Shown here one piece after another: positions 1 to 9,510 of a DNA stretch of 64,000 nt (positions within the stretch are counted from its first letter, which is position 1; the number at the start of each line of letters is the position of its first letter). A model generated the notes under the pieces. It did not search any database. It saw only the letters and a list, made by a program, of their open reading frames with translations, and was not told the origin of the DNA. The stretch spans positions 60,150-124,149 of the forward strand of contig JACNLB010000120.1 of assembly GCA_014381755.1 (NCBI GenBank). The letters are read 5' to 3'. Origin of the DNA: Fidelibacterota bacterium (lineage in GTDB: Bacteria; Fidelibacterota; Marinisomatia; Marinisomatales; TCS55). A program made the translations under genes and the position numbers.

Positions 1-1
1 T

Positions 2-115
2 ACCCAAGGGGGCTTTTACACGCGTTCCAACTTGAAGGGAGTCAATAAATTCTTTCGGAATTTGGTACGTAAATTGGCAATAACTAGAGATTGGGAAAGC
101 AACTTCTGCAAACAT
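2..115 (-). CDS. priA: Primosomal protein N' (PriA), N-terminal fragment running off the window
   Basis: Manual translation from ATG at 115: MFAEVAFPISSYCQFTYQIPKEFIDSLQVGTRVKAPLG, matching the PriA N-terminal pattern (AEVA.P...FTY.IP...VG.RV.VP.G). Confidence 0.8.
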   Translation of the reverse strand, partial: MFAEVAFPISSYCQFTYQIPKEFIDSLQVGTRVKAPLG

Positions 116-123
116 GATCATTG

Positions 124-152
124 AAGGTAAATGCAGTTAAACCTTCCGGCAA
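124..152 (-). promoter_or_regulatory. Putative sigma70 promoter for priA
   Basis: TTGCCG-17 nt-TACCTT, 8 nt upstream of the ATG. Confidence 0.4.
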
Positions 153-171
153 GAATTCTTTATATAAATTA

Positions 172-198
172 ATAACCCCCGCAATAAGCGAGGGTTAT
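172..198 (-). terminator. Putative intrinsic terminator after rplI
   Basis: Imperfect inverted repeat ATAACCC-CCGC/GCG-A-GGGTTAT with AT-rich flanks. Confidence 0.55.
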
Positions 199-223
199 AT
201 AAGAGCTTTTTAGAATTTAAGTG

Positions 224-667
224 TTACGCTTTTATAACATACACTTTTAGTTCAGGTTTTAATTCTGCAGACACGCGTACCGGTACATGATAAATACCCA
301 GTGATTTGATGGATTCCTGCAACTCGATGCGATGGCGCTCAAGAACAACACCTTTTTCTTCCAACTTTTTATGGATATCATTGGTTGTTATAGCCCCAAA
401 CATTTTTTCTTCTTCTCCTACCTGGACCTCAAACGTCATTTCCAGATCTTTTAATTGACCTGCAAGTTCAAGATTTATTTTATCATCATGAACGCGACGT
501 TTTTCTGAATTACGCTTACGTTCATCAGCAATGGCCAGATTGCGTTTAGACGCTCTCAACGCCAACCGCCTGGGAAACAGAAAATTTCGGGCAAAACCCG
601 GTTTTACGTTAACAATATCACCGGCAGTACCTAATGTATCTACATCCTTAAGTAATATTATATCCAT
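224..667 (-). CDS. rplI: 50S ribosomal protein L9
   Basis: MDIILLKDV..LG..GDIVNVKPGFARNFLFP signature. Confidence 0.98.
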   Translation of the reverse strand: MDIILLKDVDTLGTAGDIVNVKPGFARNFLFPRRLALRASKRNLAIADERKRNSEKRRVHDDKINLELAGQLKDLEMTFEVQVGEEEKMFGAITTNDIHKKLEEKGVVLERHRIELQESIKSLGIYHVPVRVSAELKPELKVYVIKA

Positions 668-696
668 GGTTTAAATCCTTTTGGTTAATATAATGA

Positions 697-924
697 TTAA
701 TTGTCGCCTAAGCTTGTATAAGGCATTAAAGCAATGTTTCGTGCTCTTTTGATAGCTCGTATCAATTTCCTGTGCATTTTTGCACTGGTGCCTGTAACTC
801 TCCGAGGCATTATTTTGCCCTGTTCCGTTACAAAACGGCGCAATAGTTTTACATCTTTATAGTCAATTTCTTTAATATTGTTTTCTTTGAAATAACAAAA
901 CTTTTTACGACTTACAAATGCCAT
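697..924 (-). CDS. rpsR: 30S ribosomal protein S18
   Basis: [26 protein letters not shown] signature; rpsF-rpsR-rplI order. Confidence 0.98.
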   Translation of the reverse strand: MAFVSRKKFCYFKENNIKEIDYKDVKLLRRFVTEQGKIMPRRVTGTSAKMHRKLIRAIKRARNIALMPYTSLGDN

Positions 925-942
925 GATTTCCTCTTTTCTTTA

Positions 943-1422
943 TTATGTTGAAGTTTCTTCTTCAACCGTTTCAGGTTTTACTTCTTCGTTTTCTTTTTCG
1001 TCTTTCTCTTCTTTTTCTTCCGGCTCTTGTGCTTTTGTATCATCTTCTACAATTTCTTTCTTGTCATTTTCAGGAGTTTCTTTTTCGATTAAATCACTAC
1101 TTTCATCCATAATATCTTCTTCTACAGCTTCCGGTTTTGATTCAAGACGTACATTTTGGTAACGCAAGACTGAGTTGTTCAATTTCATAAAACTTTCAAA
1201 ATCGTCTAGTCCCGCAGTATTTTCTGTTTCAAAATGCAAAAGTACGTATGTACCGTATTTATGATTGTTAATAGGGTAAGCTAGCCTTTTTTTGCCCCAT
1301 TCATTATGGTAAATCACTTCACTAAATTTGCTTAAGTGTTCACCAATATCATTTAAAATGCTTTCTGTTTTCTCCTGTTCAAAATCAGGGTTCAAAATGT
1401 AGAGCGTTTCATAATATCGCAT
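943..1422 (-). CDS. rpsF: 30S ribosomal protein S6 with long acidic C-terminal tail
   Basis: [22 protein letters not shown] motifs. Confidence 0.97.
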   Translation of the reverse strand: MRYYETLYILNPDFEQEKTESILNDIGEHLSKFSEVIYHNEWGKKRLAYPINNHKYGTYVLLHFETENTAGLDDFESFMKLNNSVLRYQNVRLESKPEAVEEDIMDESSDLIEKETPENDKKEIVEDDTKAQEPEEKEEKDEKENEEVKPETVEEETST

Positions 1423-1442
1423 AGATTCTCCTCAAATTCCTT

Positions 1443-3584
1443 TTATACTAATAATGGTGCTATAACCAATGACACCACTGACATTAACTTAATTAAAATA
1501 TTTAATGATGGTCCCGATGTATCCTTAAACGGATCTCCAACCGTATCCCCAACGACCGCAGCTTTATGGGCTTCCGATCCTTTTTTGAGCATTTCACCAT
1601 TTACATCCACTCCGACTTCGATCATCTTTTTTGCATTATCCCAGGCACCGCCGGCATTGGATTGGAAAATTGCCATGAGCACACCGGTTACTGTGACACC
1701 TGCAAGTAATCCACCAAGTGTTTCCGGTCCAAATGTAAAACCAACCAAGACGGGAGAAATAATGGCTAAAATCCCGGGCATGACCATTTCTTTAATGGCT
1801 GACTGTGTAGAAATTTCAACACAGCGACCGTGTTCAGCTTTCGTTAATCCCAATTCATAGGCAGATTTATCTTCATCTGACCACGTGGTTTCGTCACCCT
1901 TTTTCATAATTTCCAGCGCTGCTTTTAATTCTGGGATATCTCTAAATTGGCGACGGACTTCTTCTATCATGGCCATTGCTGCTCGGCCCACAGCGCCCAT
2001 TGCCATGGACGAAAATAAAAATGGCAGCATGCCGCCCACAAACAATCCCGCCATTACCATTGGATTTGAAATATCAATACTCTTAATTCCGGTTTGAACC
2101 ATAAATGCAGCAAATAACGCCAGAGCAGTTAGGGCAGCGGAGCCGATAGCAAATCCTTTGCCGATGGCTGCAGTTGTATTTCCAACAGCATCTAATTTAT
2201 CCGTCCGTTCACGAACTTCTTCCGGCAATTCTGCCATTTCTGCAATACCACCGGCATTATCAGAAATGGGACCATACGCATCCACAGCCAGCTGAATGCC
2301 GGTGTTGGCCAGCATACCCAATGCCGCCATGGCAATACCGTACAATCCTGCGAAATAATGAGCACCCATAATGCCGGATGCTAAAATTAAAATTGGGATT
2401 GCTGTCGATTGCATTCCAACGCCCAAACCGGCAATAAGATTTGTTGCCGGGCCCGTTACGGATTGTTTAACAATGGATAAAACAGGTGCTGTTCCCGTTC
2501 CGGTATAATGTTCAGTAATAAGCCCAATTCCTAATCCGGCAACGAGTCCGATAACTGTTGCCCAAAATACGCCTGTTGCTGTGAATTCAGTTCCGCCCTG
2601 TATAAATGTATCAGGGAGAAATGATTGAATCAGAAAATAAATTACACCCACCATTATTGCAGAACTTCCAAACTCTCCACGGTTTAGGGCTTTTTGCGGA
2701 TCGCCGCCTTCTTTAACAGAAACCATAAATGTTCCTATAATGGAAACAAGAATCCCGGACGCAGCAATGAAAAGGGGTAAAATCACAAAATTTATATCGA
2801 ACCCTCCAGCGACTAAAATACTCGCTCCTAAAACCATGGAACCAACAATTGAACCTACATAAGATTCAAAAAGATCAGCGCCCATTCCGGCAACATCGCC
2901 CACATTATCTCCCACATTATCTGCGATGGTGGCAGGATTAAGCGGATGATCTTCCGGAATCCCAGCTTCAACTTTACCTACAAGGTCAGCACCTACATCG
3001 GCGGCTTTGGTATAAATGCCACCGCCAACACGAGCAAACAACGCAATAGATGAGGCTCCTAAAGAAAATCCGGAAATCACATTTAAAACCGTTCTCATTG
3101 AAACAGAGTCGGAACCAAAATAATTTGTGTAGAAAATAAACAATCCGCCAAGACCCAGAACGCCCAATCCGACAACGCTTAAACCCATAACCGTGCCGCC
3201 AGTAAAAGCAACATTAAGTGCCGTAGCTAAACTGTTTCGTGCGGCATTTGTTGTACGATTATTTGCCTTTGTAGCTACTTTCATCCCTAAAAAACCGGCC
3301 AAGCCAGAAGCCATCGCCCCCACAATAAATGACATGGCAATCAACGCGCTTGAATCATCGCGACCGGAATTTGCAAACCCAAGCAACAAGGCAACTGCTA
3401 TTACAAAAATAGTCAATACTCGATATTCTGCTTTTAAAAACGCCATGGCGCCTTCAGCAATGCTTGATCCAATTTGCTTCATTCTGTCCGTACCTTCATC
3501 CTGCTTATTAATCCATGTTGTTTTCCAAAACGAAAACAACATGGCCAATACACCGGCGCCCATAACTAATAACAGATTATTCAT
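1443..3584 (-). CDS. hppA: Membrane-integral pyrophosphatase, K+-dependent, probably Na+-translocating
   Basis: [35 protein letters not shown] (Ala = K+-dependent), ADLFES (Glu typical of Na+-PPases). Confidence 0.95.
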   Translation of the reverse strand: MNNLLLVMGAGVLAMLFSFWKTTWINKQDEGTDRMKQIGSSIAEGAMAFLKAEYRVLTIFVIAVALLLGFANSGRDDSSALIAMSFIVGAMASGLAGFLGMKVATKANNRTTNAARNSLATALNVAFTGGTVMGLSVVGLGVLGLGGLFIFYTNYFGSDSVSMRTVLNVISGFSLGASSIALFARVGGGIYTKAADVGADLVGKVEAGIPEDHPLNPATIADNVGDNVGDVAGMGADLFESYVGSIVGSMVLGASILVAGGFDINFVILPLFIAASGILVSIIGTFMVSVKEGGDPQKALNRGEFGSSAIMVGVIYFLIQSFLPDTFIQGGTEFTATGVFWATVIGLVAGLGIGLITEHYTGTGTAPVLSIVKQSVTGPATNLIAGLGVGMQSTAIPILILASGIMGAHYFAGLYGIAMAALGMLANTGIQLAVDAYGPISDNAGGIAEMAELPEEVRERTDKLDAVGNTTAAIGKGFAIGSAALTALALFAAFMVQTGIKSIDISNPMVMAGLFVGGMLPFLFSSMAMGAVGRAAMAMIEEVRRQFRDIPELKAALEIMKKGDETTWSDEDKSAYELGLTKAEHGRCVEISTQSAIKEMVMPGILAIISPVLVGFTFGPETLGGLLAGVTVTGVLMAIFQSNAGGAWDNAKKMIEVGVDVNGEMLKKGSEAHKAAVVGDTVGDPFKDTSGPSLNILIKLMSVVSLVIAPLLV

Positions 3585-3604
3585 TTAAGTTTTTTCCTTT
3601 TTTA

Positions 3605-4156
3605 TTAATTAAAATTATTCATCGTTTTTTGTATACCGTGATCCAACATGGATTCGACTGCATCGGCCACTGTTTGAATCATATCATCTGCATCAGGCTG
3701 ATCGTTTTTCTTAAACGGTTTTAGTACATATTTTTCTGCAGGGCGTTTTTGATCGGCAGCAGCAACACCAAAGCGTAAACGGGGGAAACCTGTATGTCCT
3801 AAATGATAAATAACAGACTCCATCCCCCGATGACAACCATCGCCACCTTTGGGTCTGATTCTCATAGAGCACAGCGGTAAATCCACATCATCCAACACAA
3901 TATGTAAATCAGCCAGATCAATATTCCAGTTCTGCTTGATCATTTTTACAGCAACGCCACTGGCATTCATGCCCGTTGTGGGTTTAACCAAAAGGGAATC
4001 CTTTTCAGGTGCTTCAGCGTACACAAACGCTCCCTTCCCCGGTTGAAACGTGACGGACCAACGTCTAGCCAATTCGTCCACAACCCAGAATCCGGCGTTG
4101 TGTTTGGTGTTGGCATACTCCAGCCCGGGATTCCCCAAGCCTATAAATGCTTTCAT
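3605..4156 (-). CDS. pth: Peptidyl-tRNA hydrolase
   Basis: GLGNPG..Y..TKHNAGF, KPTTGMNASG; follows rplY. Confidence 0.95.
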   Translation of the reverse strand: MKAFIGLGNPGLEYANTKHNAGFWVVDELARRWSVTFQPGKGAFVYAEAPEKDSLLVKPTTGMNASGVAVKMIKQNWNIDLADLHIVLDDVDLPLCSMRIRPKGGDGCHRGMESVIYHLGHTGFPRLRFGVAAADQKRPAEKYVLKPFKKNDQPDADDMIQTVADAVESMLDHGIQKTMNNFN

Positions 4157-4158
4157 AA

Positions 4159-4869
4159 TTATTTAGAGCCGTCTTCAGCAGCATCTTTTTTACCTTCAGC
4201 TTTTTCTTCACCACCTTCTGCTTGCTCTTCTGCTGCAACTCCTTCTTCGCCTTCTGCTCCCTCTTCGCCCTCTTCACCTTCTGCGCCTTCTTCAAGTTCT
4301 TCAACAACGGGTTCTTCCTCTTCTTTTGGAGGTGCTATAGCAGCAATGGCTTGGTCTTCATCTGCCAGAATTGTGAATTCACCCGTTACAACAATATCCG
4401 CAACTGTCAGACTGCTGTTCATTTCCAATTCAGTTACATCAACAGAGATAAATTCCGGAACATCCGTTGGCAAACATTCAACCTCGATACTGGTAAGAAT
4501 TTGAGAAAGGACACCGCCTTCACTAACACCGATGGCGTCCCCTTCCATGTGAATAGGTACAGAAATAGTCATTTTTACATCTCGGCGGACACGCATAAGA
4601 TCCACGTGTAACACATTCTCTGTTACCGGATGGTACTGCATTTCTTTGATCATCACATATTGGGTATTGCCTTCTAATTCTACCTCAAAAATACGGTTTC
4701 CTGAATTCAGGGCGTGAAAGAGTTCTTTTGAATCAAGAATCAAATTTACGTTGGCTTCTCCCTTATAATAATAGTTCGCTGGAATTTTCCCGTTTTTGCG
4801 TAATGTTTTTGTAGCACTTATTCCGGTCTGTTCCCTTTTTTCTACAGCTAACTGATAATAATCTGCCAT
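4159..4869 (-). CDS. rplY: 50S ribosomal protein L25/Ctc with acidic tail
   Basis: LRKNGKIPA..Y, QYHPVT..VLHVD, EGGVL, VECLP motifs; prs-rplY-pth order. Confidence 0.95.
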   Translation of the reverse strand: MADYYQLAVEKREQTGISATKTLRKNGKIPANYYYKGEANVNLILDSKELFHALNSGNRIFEVELEGNTQYVMIKEMQYHPVTENVLHVDLMRVRRDVKMTISVPIHMEGDAIGVSEGGVLSQILTSIEVECLPTDVPEFISVDVTELEMNSSLTVADIVVTGEFTILADEDQAIAAIAPPKEEEEPVVEELEEGAEGEEGEEGAEGEEGVAAEEQAEGGEEKAEGKKDAAEDGSK

Positions 4870-4882
4870 TTTTTTACTCCGC

Positions 4883-5830
4883 TTAAAATTCGAACAGTGA
4901 ACTCACAGATTCGCCTTCATGAATACGATCGATCGCTTCAGCAAAAATGTCGGAAACTGTTACAATTTTCATTTTATTAAATATTTTTTCTTCTGGAATT
5001 TTGACTGTATCCGTTACAATCAGTTGACTGATTGCTGAAGACTTAATCCTGTCTATTGCCGATCCCGATAAAAGGGCGTGTGTGGCAATAGCTGTAACTG
5101 AATTGGCACCGTTTTCATTGGCGGCTTCAGCAGCGTTTACTGTCGTTCCCGCCGTATCAATCATATCATCAATAATTAATACATCCTTTCCTTTAAGATC
5201 GCCAATCAAATGCATGACTTCTGCCTGATTTGGGGCATAACGCCGTTTATCAATTAAAGCAAAATGCATCCCTAGCCGCTTTGCATAGGCTTGACTCATA
5301 CGAGCAGAGCCTACGTCAGGTGAAAGAACAACGGATTTTTCAGGTTCCAAACCCAATGCTTTGATCTTATCCATCAAGACCATACGACTATAAAGATGGT
5401 CAAAAGGAATATTCGCAAACCCCTGTATCTGTGTTGAATGCAAATCCATTGTAACAATTCGATCTGTGCCGGCTGCTGTAAACATGTCTACCATAACCCG
5501 TGCGGAAATCGGTACGCGCGGTGTATCTTTCCTATCCTGCCTGGCATACCCAAAATAAGGAATCACCGCCGTAACGCTCTTTGCTGATGCACGGACAGCC
5601 GCATCTAAAATAAGAACAAGTTCCAGTATATTCTTCGCCGGGCCATTGGTGCTCTGTATAATAAATACATCCCTGCCACGTATATTTTCCTCGAATTTGA
5701 TCCAAATCTCCCCATCGGCAAAGTCCTTAATGGATAATTGACCCAATGGAACATTCAGGTGATCCGCAATTTGTTTCCCAAGTTGGGGATTACTACGACC
5801 AGTAAATAATTTTATAGTATCTTTACTCAT
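4883..5830 (-). CDS. prs: Ribose-phosphate pyrophosphokinase (start re-set to MSKDT at 5830)
   Basis: PYFGYARQDRK, DLHSTQIQGF, IIDDMIDTAGT. Confidence 0.97.
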   Translation of the reverse strand: MSKDTIKLFTGRSNPQLGKQIADHLNVPLGQLSIKDFADGEIWIKFEENIRGRDVFIIQSTNGPAKNILELVLILDAAVRASAKSVTAVIPYFGYARQDRKDTPRVPISARVMVDMFTAAGTDRIVTMDLHSTQIQGFANIPFDHLYSRMVLMDKIKALGLEPEKSVVLSPDVGSARMSQAYAKRLGMHFALIDKRRYAPNQAEVMHLIGDLKGKDVLIIDDMIDTAGTTVNAAEAANENGANSVTAIATHALLSGSAIDRIKSSAISQLIVTDTVKIPEEKIFNKMKIVTVSDIFAEAIDRIHEGESVSSLFEF

Positions 5831-5837
5831 AATTTTT

Positions 5838-5899
5838 TTCTGCTGGGGCGCCCTCCTACATCCCACCTCAGCGGGATTACGGCGGACAGGCAGGGATTC
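5838..5899 (-). repeat. Direct repeat of the tRNA-Gln 3' end interrupted by a 40-bp palindromic insert (5851-5890)
   Basis: TTCTGCTGGGGCG (5838-5850) plus CAGGGATTC (5891-5899) reproduce 5931-5952 of the tRNA end and trailer. Confidence 0.75.
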
Positions 5900-5935
5900 A
5901 TTTCAGGAAATCTGCCATGCTCCTAATTCTTTCTG

Positions 5936-6006
5936 CTGGGGCGCAGGGATTCGAACCCCAACTGCCTGGACCAAAACCAGGTGTCCTACCCTTAGACGAC
6001 GCCCCA
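5936..6006 (-). tRNA. tRNA-Gln (TTG), CCA not encoded
   Basis: TGGGGCG acceptor stem pairs with CGCCCCA; anticodon arm CCTGG-TTTTGGT-CCAGG; GGTTCGAATCC T-arm; conserved ispE-tRNA-Gln-prs context. Confidence 0.96.
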
Positions 6007-6028
6007 AAGGGTTTGTTTGGATTTAATT

Positions 6029-6877
6029 TCAGCTGTGTACGGGGGGGTGAGTTAAGATGGTTCGGTAGTCGGACGATAAAACAGACTCGGCTGCTTTTGC
6101 TGCAGTGTCTTCGTCAAACATTCCGAACACAGTCGAACCACTTCCCGACAAACTGGCATATTGGGCTCCGTTATTTATCAGAGCGTCCTTAATTTTACCA
6201 ATCTCTGGATGTGCTGGAATCACAATCCGTTCAAATTCATTCTGAAAAAGCTCAAAAGGAATTATATCCCTTCTGAATAAGTCGGCAAAGTTAGCTTTTT
6301 CAACATTGTTCTCCAAAACTTTTTTCAATTCACCATACGCCCATTCTGTGGAGATAAAAACAGGGGAGATAACCAATAAAAATGAAAAATCCAATTTTAC
6401 ATTTATGGGCAATAATTTTTCACCAATTCCTTCGCCTAATTGTGTTCCGCCTTTGATAAAAAAGGGGACATCTGCTCCAATCTCTTGCCCAAGTTCTTGC
6501 AGGGCAGCAACAGATAAACCTAATCCATACAAATCATTTATACCTTTTAATACTGTGGCTCCGTTACTGGAACCGCCGCCTAAACCTGCTCCTTGAGGAA
6601 TCATTTTTTCAACGTGTATTTTGATACCACCCAAATTTGGAAATTGTCCAAGAATCGCTGCATAAGCTTGTGCGCACGTATTTGTGGAATCCAGAGGGAA
6701 GTTTTTGTCGTTTGATGTTAATTCACATCCGTGTTCAATTTTTTCCAAGGTTACAACATCATGGAAATCCAATTCCTGAAATATGGTATTGAGACTGTGA
6801 TAACCATCGGGACGTTTATTCAACACCTGCAGGCCAATATTCACTTTTGCGTGTGATTTCAACGAAATGAAACTCAA
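6029..6877 (-). CDS. ispE: 4-diphosphocytidyl-2-C-methyl-D-erythritol kinase
   Basis: AKVNIGL.V...RPDGYH, IPQGAGLGGGSSN, LSGSGSTVF. Confidence 0.96.
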   Translation of the reverse strand: MSFISLKSHAKVNIGLQVLNKRPDGYHSLNTIFQELDFHDVVTLEKIEHGCELTSNDKNFPLDSTNTCAQAYAAILGQFPNLGGIKIHVEKMIPQGAGLGGGSSNGATVLKGINDLYGLGLSVAALQELGQEIGADVPFFIKGGTQLGEGIGEKLLPINVKLDFSFLLVISPVFISTEWAYGELKKVLENNVEKANFADLFRRDIIPFELFQNEFERIVIPAHPEIGKIKDALINNGAQYASLSGSGSTVFGMFDEDTAAKAAESVLSSDYRTILTHPPVHS

Positions 6878-6884
6878 TTATAAA

Positions 6885-6997
6885 ACCCCTCTTTTATTTT
6901 TCCCCTAGGACCCCGACCTTCGGTACGAGACAAGCAGGGGAGAACAATCTGCATAAATTTTCTCTTTTTCCCCTGTAATAGGGAAATACAAAGGGGT
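6885..6997. repeat. Degenerate inverted REP-like doublet
   Basis: ACCCCTCTTTTATTTTTCCCCT..AGGGGA unit plus an inverted ACCCCTTTGTATTTCCCTATTACAGGGGA unit; same layout at 26473-26644. Confidence 0.5.
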
Positions 6998-7014
6998 AAA
7001 ATTATAGATATTCA

Positions 7015-7488
7015 TTATTTCGAAATGGTTGCCACAGCTACAGCGCCCACGCCTTCTCCGCGACCGATAAATCCCATTTTATCCGTTGTGGTGGCTTTGA
7101 TGGATACAGATGCTTCTTCAACTTGAAGGGAATAGGCAATTTTATATGTCATTTCCGGAATGGTATCAGCCAGCTTGGGTTCTTCCAGAATAATTGTGCT
7201 GTCAATATGGTCAATTTCAAATCCCTGTTCTCTTACCAAATTTATGGCGTGTTCTAAAAAATGAATGCTTTCCTTGCCTTTCCAGCGCTCATCGGAACTT
7301 GGGAAATGTTGGCCAATATCTCCCAAATTCGCAGCGCCCAGAAGAGCATCTACAATGGCATGAAGCAACACATCCCCATCTGAATGGCCCACTGAACCAA
7401 CGGGACTGTCAATCTTGACACCTCCAATAATAAGAGATTCCCCTTTTGCCAGGGGATGAACGTCGTAGCCTATTCCTGTTTTAATCAT
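7015..7488 (-). CDS. ispF: 2-C-methyl-D-erythritol 2,4-cyclodiphosphate synthase
   Basis: GIGYDVH, GHSDGDVLLHAIVDALLGA, KATTT. Confidence 0.97.
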   Translation of the reverse strand: MIKTGIGYDVHPLAKGESLIIGGVKIDSPVGSVGHSDGDVLLHAIVDALLGAANLGDIGQHFPSSDERWKGKESIHFLEHAINLVREQGFEIDHIDSTIILEEPKLADTIPEMTYKIAYSLQVEEASVSIKATTTDKMGFIGRGEGVGAVAVATISK

Positions 7489-7491
7489 TAT

Positions 7492-7794
7492 CTAATTATT
7501 TTTGTCTGGAGAGGGTGAAAATAATATCTCTTTATACATTGAATCACTACGACTGACCCATTCTGCCTTGAGGCTACCCATCTCCTGTTCGTATTTTAGT
7601 AACAACAATTTTTTCGCTTCTACTATATTTCCTTTTTCCATCAATTCCAAAATGTCTTGATCTATTTTTGTCATCAAAACGTTCTGGCGAAAACGATTTT
7701 CCAACACCATTTTATTATAATAAGAATGTACAATCAATGCTCCTATGAATAAACCAGCAATAAATAATGATATGTATAATATTGTCTTATACAT
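7492..7794 (-). CDS. Hypothetical protein, single N-terminal TM helix followed by helical domain
   Basis: Tightly coupled between ispD and ispF; hydrophobic residues 5-22. Confidence 0.7.
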   Translation of the reverse strand: MYKTILYISLFIAGLFIGALIVHSYYNKMVLENRFRQNVLMTKIDQDILELMEKGNIVEAKKLLLLKYEQEMGSLKAEWVSRSDSMYKEILFSPSPDKNN

Positions 7795-8458
7795 GTAACA
7801 TCATATCAGCCAATTCCCAGTCCTCATGAGTCGTTATTTTAAAATTCCCGGCAAACCCTTCTGTTACGACTACTGTACCACCAGCTGCTTCTACCAAGGA
7901 TGCTTCGTCTGTTACTTCTATTTCTTGTTGAAGGGCGTTGATTAAAATATCCCTATGGAATGTTTGGGGAGTTTGGGCCAGCCAAATGGAATTACGGTCT
8001 AACGTTTTTTGAATTTGATCACCGTTCACTTGCTTCACCGTATCTTTAGATGGCAGGGCTGCAATACAACCATCGGCTTCATCACAGCCCTTAATCGTTT
8101 TGGAAATGAGTTCAGGGGTTACGAAAGGCCTTGCGGCATCATGAACGGCAATAATTTCTACATCATTTGATAAAGCATGACATCCATTCAAAACAGAGTC
8201 TTGTCGTCGCGTTCCGCCGGCCACAGTTTTTACTGGTTTCGCTGATGTAAATGAAGCTAATTCACGTGATGTGTTATCTATGTCTTCTTCCGGAACAACG
8301 ACAACTATTTCAACAATATCTCTGCATTGGAGAAATGGGGTTAAAGTATGAAAGAGGAGTGGTCGTCGGCCCAACAGTTTAAACTGCTTTTTTTCACCAA
8401 AACGGTTCCCCATTCCAGCGGCGGCAATAACAGCGCCTGCTTTCAATGTAGATGACAT
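7787..8458 (-). CDS. ispD: 2-C-methyl-D-erythritol 4-phosphate cytidylyltransferase
   Basis: AAAG.G.RFG..KQF, HDAARPF, AQTPQ, NFKITT. Confidence 0.96.
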   Translation of the reverse strand: MSSTLKAGAVIAAAGMGNRFGEKKQFKLLGRRPLLFHTLTPFLQCRDIVEIVVVVPEEDIDNTSRELASFTSAKPVKTVAGGTRRQDSVLNGCHALSNDVEIIAVHDAARPFVTPELISKTIKGCDEADGCIAALPSKDTVKQVNGDQIQKTLDRNSIWLAQTPQTFHRDILINALQQEIEVTDEASLVEAAGGTVVVTEGFAGNFKITTHEDWELADMMLHV

Positions 8459-9510
8459 TATTTTATAAACATGGCATCGCCATAACTCAAGAAGCGATAC
8501 TTATTTTTCTTGGCTTCCCAGTAAGCTTTCATAATAATATCCCTTTCAGAAAAGGCTGATATCATCATGAGCAATGTGCTTTTCGGCTGGTGAAAATTGG
8601 TTATGATCCCGTCCACCATTTTAAAGTTATAGGGCGGATAAATAAATTTGTCCGTCCAGCCCCGTTTCGGTGATACCTGGAATCCGGATACAGCTACCGT
8701 TTCTAATGCTCGAACAGTGGACGTTCCCACAGCATAAACCTTCCGCCGTTTTTTCTTGGTTTCATTGATAGCCAAGGCGGTTTTAGGCGATACTTCAAAA
8801 TATTCTGAATCCATTTGGTGACGGTTCAGGTCTTCTACCTGTACCGGACGAAACGTCCCTAATCCGATATGCAGTGTTGTATACGCAATTTTAACACCTT
8901 TGTCCTGTAAGCGTTTCATCACTCCTTTAGTGAAATGAAGTCCGGCAGTGGGAGCTGCAACGGCTCCCCGCTCATCGGCATAGACCGTTTGAAATCGTAT
9001 CTTATCTTTTGCCTCTGCGGGTCGTTTAATATAAGGAGGTAAAGGCGACGTCCCTATACGGTCAATTATATCGTAGAAATTTTTACCCGTATATTCAAAG
9101 CGCACCACACGTCCCCCGGAAATTGTATTGTCGATAACATCGCAAAATACATTTTTAGCAAACATGAGTTTATTGCCGATGCGAACCTTCCGTGCCGGTC
9201 TTACCATAACTTCCCACAATTCATTTTCCAGTTCCCGTAGAAGAAACACTTCTACAGTAGCGTCTGTCTTATCTTTGCTGGCATAAAGCCGTGCCGGGAA
9301 CACTTTTGTATTGTTCATAATAATTAAGTCATTTTTTCGAAAATACTCAACCATATTCGAAAATGTTTTATGTTCTATATCACCTGTGTTTTTATCCACT
9401 ACCATCATTTTGGATAAGTCCCTGCGTTTTGCAGGATATTGGGCAATATATTTTTCCGGCAAAGGATAATCAAAATCTGCCAGTTTGTACTTTTTCTTTT
9501 TATTTATCAT
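8458..9510 (-). CDS. queA: S-adenosylmethionine:tRNA ribosyltransferase-isomerase
   Basis: [41 protein letters not shown]. Confidence 0.97.
   Translation of the reverse strand: MINKKKKYKLADFDYPLPEKYIAQYPAKRRDLSKMMVVDKNTGDIEHKTFSNMVEYFRKNDLIIMNNTKVFPARLYASKDKTDATVEVFLLRELENELWEVMVRPARKVRIGNKLMFAKNVFCDVIDNTISGGRVVRFEYTGKNFYDIIDRIGTSPLPPYIKRPAEAKDKIRFQTVYADERGAVAAPTAGLHFTKGVMKRLQDKGVKIAYTTLHIGLGTFRPVQVEDLNRHQMDSEYFEVSPKTALAINETKKKRRKVYAVGTSTVRALETVAVSGFQVSPKRGWTDKFIYPPYNFKMVDGIITNFHQPKSTLLMMISAFSERDIIMKAYWEAKKNKYRFLSYGDAMFIK

Noticed and set aside
4159-4330. Short tandem repeats (CCTTCTGC/CTCTTC units) as a CRISPR or VNTR
   Set aside because: They are codon repeats of the EGAEGE low-complexity tail of L25, with no repeat-spacer structure.
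5917-6192. 91-aa plus-strand ORF
   Set aside because: It is an antisense shadow of tRNA-Gln and ispE.
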